A stretch of DNA of 63,911 nt, the filler included, from Dimargaris cristalligena (lineage: Eukaryota), in NCBI GenBank assembly GCA_003614675.1. It is 5 parts of 5 records of this genome, joined end to end, with 100 filler letters (N's around TTAATTAATTAA, not from the genome) between each part and the next. Parts side by side here need not be neighbours in the genome. Positions count along the whole stretch, not along the records: positions 51,609 to 63,911 come from ML003043.1; 4 more parts are not named here. One strand, given 5' to 3'. This document shows positions 58,917 through 63,911 of this stretch, piece after piece. Both the position numbers and the translations under genes were made by a program. Every line of letters begins with the position of its first letter. The stretch's first letter is position 1. The notes under the pieces are model-generated. The model searched no databases, was not told where the DNA came from, and saw only the letters and a list, made by a program, of their open reading frames with translations.

Positions 58917-61900
58917 TATCTACTATACCATCTCGACGCCCATCTGTCGATTCTTGAATCATCCGATATCTCATCCAAATTCGTAACTTCGGACTTGGCT
59001 CGAAAACCACCTAGCAAACCGACAATCCCATTGCCCGTTTCTCTACATGACTCATTTGAACCGCCATTTCCTCTCATTCTAATTATCTGTTTTAAACACT
59101 ATACCACTAAAGAGAAGCATTCCTACATTTAATCAGGAAGGTGTTGGATGCGCAACTCCATCCTATCGCGGCCACTTCCAATTGGCCCGTTAAGATCCGT
59201 CATCTGCACACAGCAGGGATGATAGTTGGCATTAAGGAGTGTGTGGAGAGAGGACACGGGTGGTTTAATTCACTCAAGCCTACACTGTGGCTTCCAAACC
59301 TCATTAAAATACCATTAATTCTTTTTTGTAAGAAAAAACTCCCCTCCGAATTAGGCGAGGCGGAGTCTAAGTCACCTACCTATTTACGGGGTCGGCAGGG
59401 TGTTGATAGTAGACTAATAAACCAAGTCCCTTTGGAGCGTTTGGATGGGCCCCGAAGCCCGCCACCATTACCACTACTAATTGGCGAGGCCTGAAACAGT
59501 AGGGCCATATCAGTCTCAAACTCAGGGGATGCCAGGAAGGTGGCTTAAGGCGTAAATGCCTTTGTAGGGCTGAGCCACTGGAAGGACCCACCTAAGTTAA
59601 GAGCTCATATGGAATTTATTTAGATGCCCTAAAAGGAGGGAGGGACCCCTCATTTCAAAGCCGACCCCTTCGGTTCCCATCTACTGTCCATTTGTTTGAT
59701 GATGCTGAGAAGAATAGACCAACGGAGGATTTCCTAGTTGCTCCAGTGGCCCAGCCACCTAGTTCTTTGTATCATTATGAGGATTATGACTTTTCACTCT
59801 AGCCGCCAGTCTAATTCACCGCTATAATAAACCATTTGTCCTACATTCTTCATCTGACAGGTAATGTGTGTGTGGCGTGACTTTCTCCCACTCGGTTCCG
59901 TTTATTGATGATGGCTAACAATGACTTTTACCTAATTAGATCCGCATCGCCTTATTAATCTACCCTTCTCAGGTGGCCAGGGGCCTATACCAGCTTGGCA
60001 TGTTTGGCTAATCCCCTTGTTTCCGGAACTTCCAGCTGACCTGAACATGTAACCCTTGCGCAGCCGTCCTCCACGCATCAGCCGGCCTGATAATGGGGGC
60101 GATTAAGCGGGGGTTTTATTTTATTTTTTCCGTTTAGTAGTTGGGAGGAAGTGGCGTATGGATATCGAGAATTCTTTTCAGAAACATCAGGCATGCCAAT
60201 CTACAACATTAAGATGCCTTACTTCAAATTGTCCTCACTCTGATTTTCCTCCATCCCTAGGATTAACAGGGCACTAGCTTCAGCCAAGGGTTGGCCATTC
60301 CAGGGGTGCGCAATTCTTTTTTAGTAGACCGCGGTTATTGTGGATATTTATGTAGGGTAGACGATAAACTTGGCGATCGAATGATACTCGGCCATCCTGG
60401 TACCACTCTACATTGCCCTAAAAATCCTCAAATTATAGCGCATCATGTTCCTTTGGCCACGGGTAGCCATGAGGTATCTCCGACATTCTAAACCTGACAC
60501 TAAATCTTAACCCGGCTCTGATCCTAAGATACACGGGCTATTGAGATAAATGACATCTAAGCATTGACCCTGTGCTACATGACTTATCGGCTGATCATCC
60601 CCGATGGATGCTACGGCCACCCTTCGATTCGCCGCCTATCCAAACGCAATCAAGGTCCATCGCTGAATCAAGGGTAAAGCGGTTGAATCAAAAGATGGTT
60701 ACCATAGACATGATCCCTAAACCCGCGCTTAAATTGCCGGGGGTGCTAAGGAGGATCCTAAAATAGGCTCTATTGATTATTATTGTTCGACCCCAGAAAG
60801 GGGCATTGGGTGAATACAAGTGGGGGAAATGGCCGCCAATTCTAGTGAATATATCATTCACCGGAATCGGAGATGACCTGGTTGTACCTAGCACCTATAA
60901 AATCTACCACGCCATACCAGTTGGACCAGGGCGTGGAATTAGGGAGGAGTGGGAATTAGATACAATCGGATCCCTAGGGCCGAAGGCGGAGAAAATGCCC
61001 CTTGGAGGGATGTCATGTAAGGGTATGGCTGGAGTTATAGTGCTGGGAGTTTCCTTCATGATACGCTGGGAGCCCAAGGCCCAATATGACCTTTACAGGT
61101 GAGCACTACCCCGGTTAAAACTCTTAGGCATCCCCCCACTGACCCATCTTCCCGGTGGGGTACATGGATTGACTAACTTTTTCCCTTCCGCAGGTTCTCT
61201 CCAACAACCATTACACACCACCTGGAACCGACCCCGGTCTATTTAGTTTGGGACAGCAGTATATAACGCACACCTGATTGCGTGAGAGCGAAAGGCAAAG
61301 AGGGGGGGGGGAATACTTTCCAGGTCAACCGTTGGGGAGGAAAGAGAGGGAAGGCGACGGATGCATTTCACAGGACATCCATAAATTCAGGTCAAGTGGA
61401 CCCACCGCCATTCCACGCTGACTTAATAAAGAGACCGGGCAATCGGTACGTTTTAAGGTATTATTGTACCGTAATCAAGGGGGCGTTTTCCGGACCAGCC
61501 TGATCAATTACTACCCGTTGGTAGGGAGGGGAAAAGTCCAAAACACCTGGTCGACTCCTTTATTTGCCCAGGAACCCCTCGGAACACGGCAAGTTAATTA
61601 AACCATGGCCTTATTCATCCCTGGTCTAGGTGCTCGTTCCCCTTAGTACCACCCCTCCTGGCCCTAAAAAACATGCCATACCTACACCAGTGGAGTCAGT
61701 CAAAGGGTTTCCCACCCCAACTGATAAGGCCATTCTCGTCTGTGCGAGAGAGGATTGGGGGCGGGGGCAGAGTGATTAGCGAAGGTAATGAATACACTGG
61801 ACTGCCTTGAGTCGACTGCCACCGAGTCATCCGACCACACGGGCGTGTCAGCAGTGGGGAAGGGATTGGGAAAACACACCCACCAATTCCGAATGACTCA

Positions 61901-63046
61901 GTCTAGACTGGGCCCAAGGGTGATAAGAAACCACAGGAAGAAGTCTCCTAAAGAGACGACGCGTCTTGCATTTCCACACCGCTGAACCATTAACAATGGC
62001 TCAGGAAAACATGTGAATTAAATACTGCCTGCTAATATATACCCGCCCAAAGGGTTCGATTAGAGTGCGGCTCGCTACGGCAGACCGACTAGGTATTAGG
62101 TGCGGAAGGCCCGGGAGGGGGTGGTGGTGGGTCATTGGGATATACGACTGTCGAAAATGGCCGGGAAGGTCCTCTCTCTCGCTCTCCCCACTTTCCTCTG
62201 CATTTCTCTTCCCAACTCATTCCAGGTATGCCCGGCAGTAGATGATTTTATTTTATTTCGGGCGGCGTTGCCCGCCGGTTAGTGGGTCTGCTGTTTTACC
62301 GGCTGTTTTCATCAGATCCCTTCACTACTCCACCAGTCGTCATAATCTGGCCCGGATGGGTTAAATTAACCCTTCCCCTCCTCCGCTTCCGTAGAATTCT
62401 CCGACGACGACTTTCGCCAACCTGTATAAAATCATTTGAATGAGTGGCTAAGCGCATACCCATACCTTTTAAATAAAAAACCCCGCCTTCATAACACCTC
62501 CTTCTCCCACACCTGCACTTTGGTATTATGAATAGTGGAAGAGATAGAGACAGATGGATAGAGAGAGAGAAGGAAGGAGGGACAGGGCGAGGAGGGTGGT
62601 CCTTGTGACTGGCCTTGGGCCAGTGTATCCGTTACCTACTGGAATAAGTTCGCAGGCACAAGTCGTATGATACGTGTGCCGTCTTGGAAAAACGACCGGT
62701 CCATATGACCCCATGACAAAACTGCCCAGCGGGTTTTTGAAACAAAGGAACGGCGGGACGGGGGGGGACCAGGGGCGGTAAGGCCCCTCCCTCCCTGAAA
62801 TTATCGAATGATGGTAAAGTGTTGAGGAATGGAAACGAGGGACCGTTCATTTCTAAAGAGATGATAGAGAGAGAGTCCCTGAAAATAAACTAAGCTACGA
62901 ACAACCACCACATGTGCCTGCCCAACGAAGCATTAATTGGTGGAAAACCAAAGGGGCGGTTGGTGGTGGTTGATGGAATATAGACGGGATGCGCCCAAGG
63001 TACAGTAAATAGGGGCAGTAGGGTCTAAATATGGGCACATTTGCAG

Positions 63047-63072
63047 CCAGACCAGACCAGACCAGACCAGAC
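63047..63072. repeat. (CAGAC)n pentanucleotide microsatellite
   Basis: About five perfect units. Confidence 0.85.
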
Positions 63073-63790
63073 CCAAACGGGTAACGGTTAGAGTAAGTAA
63101 GTGGGGTACATATATATACAGGCTAGAAACTAAGACGGCCCCGTTGCTTGACAGGTACCGTAACGAATAACCAAACGATTACAGCTCTGTGTCACTTGGG
63201 CTGACATTTCTGAGAAGGTATTGGTGTACCATCTACCTTCATCATATACATGACGAACGCGACCTATATATTCCTTTTCCACCAGGCCCTGTGGTTTATA
63301 GGCTACTACGCTGCAGATGCGCTTTGCTACCTATTGACGGTGAAAATATATACATGAGGCTGATTTGGGTGGCAGTGTGGCCTGAGTGCCCGAAGCAAAT
63401 GAAGCCCTTGCACGGTGACACCACAGAAGCGTCGAGTCATGGGCAGCAACCATGTATCCAAATGGGGTTGAAGCGGGCGGAGGGATGCAGGTCTAGGGAA
63501 AATGGGGGAGGGGGGATCCCTATAGGGTAATAAAAAAGAGGGGAAGGGTTGATAAAGGTCAAAATAGAAAAATGGGGATATCCCAAGAATAAAACCTATC
63601 ACCCCATTCTGCTATATTAAGAAAACAGCCGGTCGAATAGGGAGGGAAATAAAAGGGATTATATTACACCTATTTAGTCAACTGCGGCACCACGGACCCT
63701 TTTCCTTGCCTTGGGCGGGTTTAAATTTAAATGGGCCAAGTGAATCATCACAGAGTGTAAAACCACATTGCTACGGCAGAACCCTTACTT

Positions 63791-63864
63791 TGGGGGGGGG
63801 GGGGGGGCCCCCCCCCCCACAGGGCCCCCCCCCCCCCCCCCCCAACAGCCTCCCCCGGGCCACG

Positions 63865-63901
<37 letters not shown>
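63791..63901. repeat. Poly-G/poly-C low-complexity tract
   Basis: Long homopolymer runs near the window end; may be partly an assembly artefact. Confidence 0.8.
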
Positions 63902-63911
63902 ACACTACCTA

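Noticed and set aside
63791-63901. Poly-G/poly-C inverted tract as a hairpin or G-quadruplex element
   Set aside because: Homopolymers at a sequence end are unreliable and probably an assembly artefact.
1-63911. tRNA, rRNA, snRNA, TPP riboswitch, CRISPR array or selenoprotein
   Set aside because: No diagnostic motifs found by eye; tRNAscan-SE and Infernal were not run, so small RNAs could be missed.

Overview
Eukaryotic (fungal) genomic DNA with GT-AG introns and CTAAC/CTGAC branch points. Gene content suggests an early-diverging fungus, plausibly Zoopagomycota or Dimargaritales-like; this is inference and cannot be verified here. The window is not one locus. It is five ~12.8 kb contigs in descending size order, joined by artificial 100-bp linkers (44 N + TTAATTAATTAA + 44 N), so neighbourhood across linkers is meaningless. 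Recognisable genes: PPZ phosphatase, an SRSF11/SREK1-like SR protein, a protist-type Myb/SANT protein, a Txl1/TXNL1-like Trx-PITH protein, MED21, a GT25 glycosyltransferase, MRP51, DSN1/Mis13, a secreted SMP-30/gluconolactonase, VPS37, an SLC25 carrier, a GPI-type wall protein, TSC13 (3' truncated), PNKP and an Hv1 proton channel. There are also three orphan secreted proteins, a five-copy TA-flanked MITE family, a Tc1-like MITE, LTR fragments and three CpG-free repeat relics. Best leads: (1) a candidate stop-containing poison exon behind a 280-nt AG-free zone in the SR-protein gene, suggesting splicing-factor autoregulation by NMD; (2) a methylation- or RIP-like C-to-T footprint confined to repeats; (3) a cysteine-less thioredoxin-PITH protein; (4) a secreted GGN/GGD polyglycine protein with Kex2-type sites. 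No tRNA, rRNA or CRISPR was recognised.
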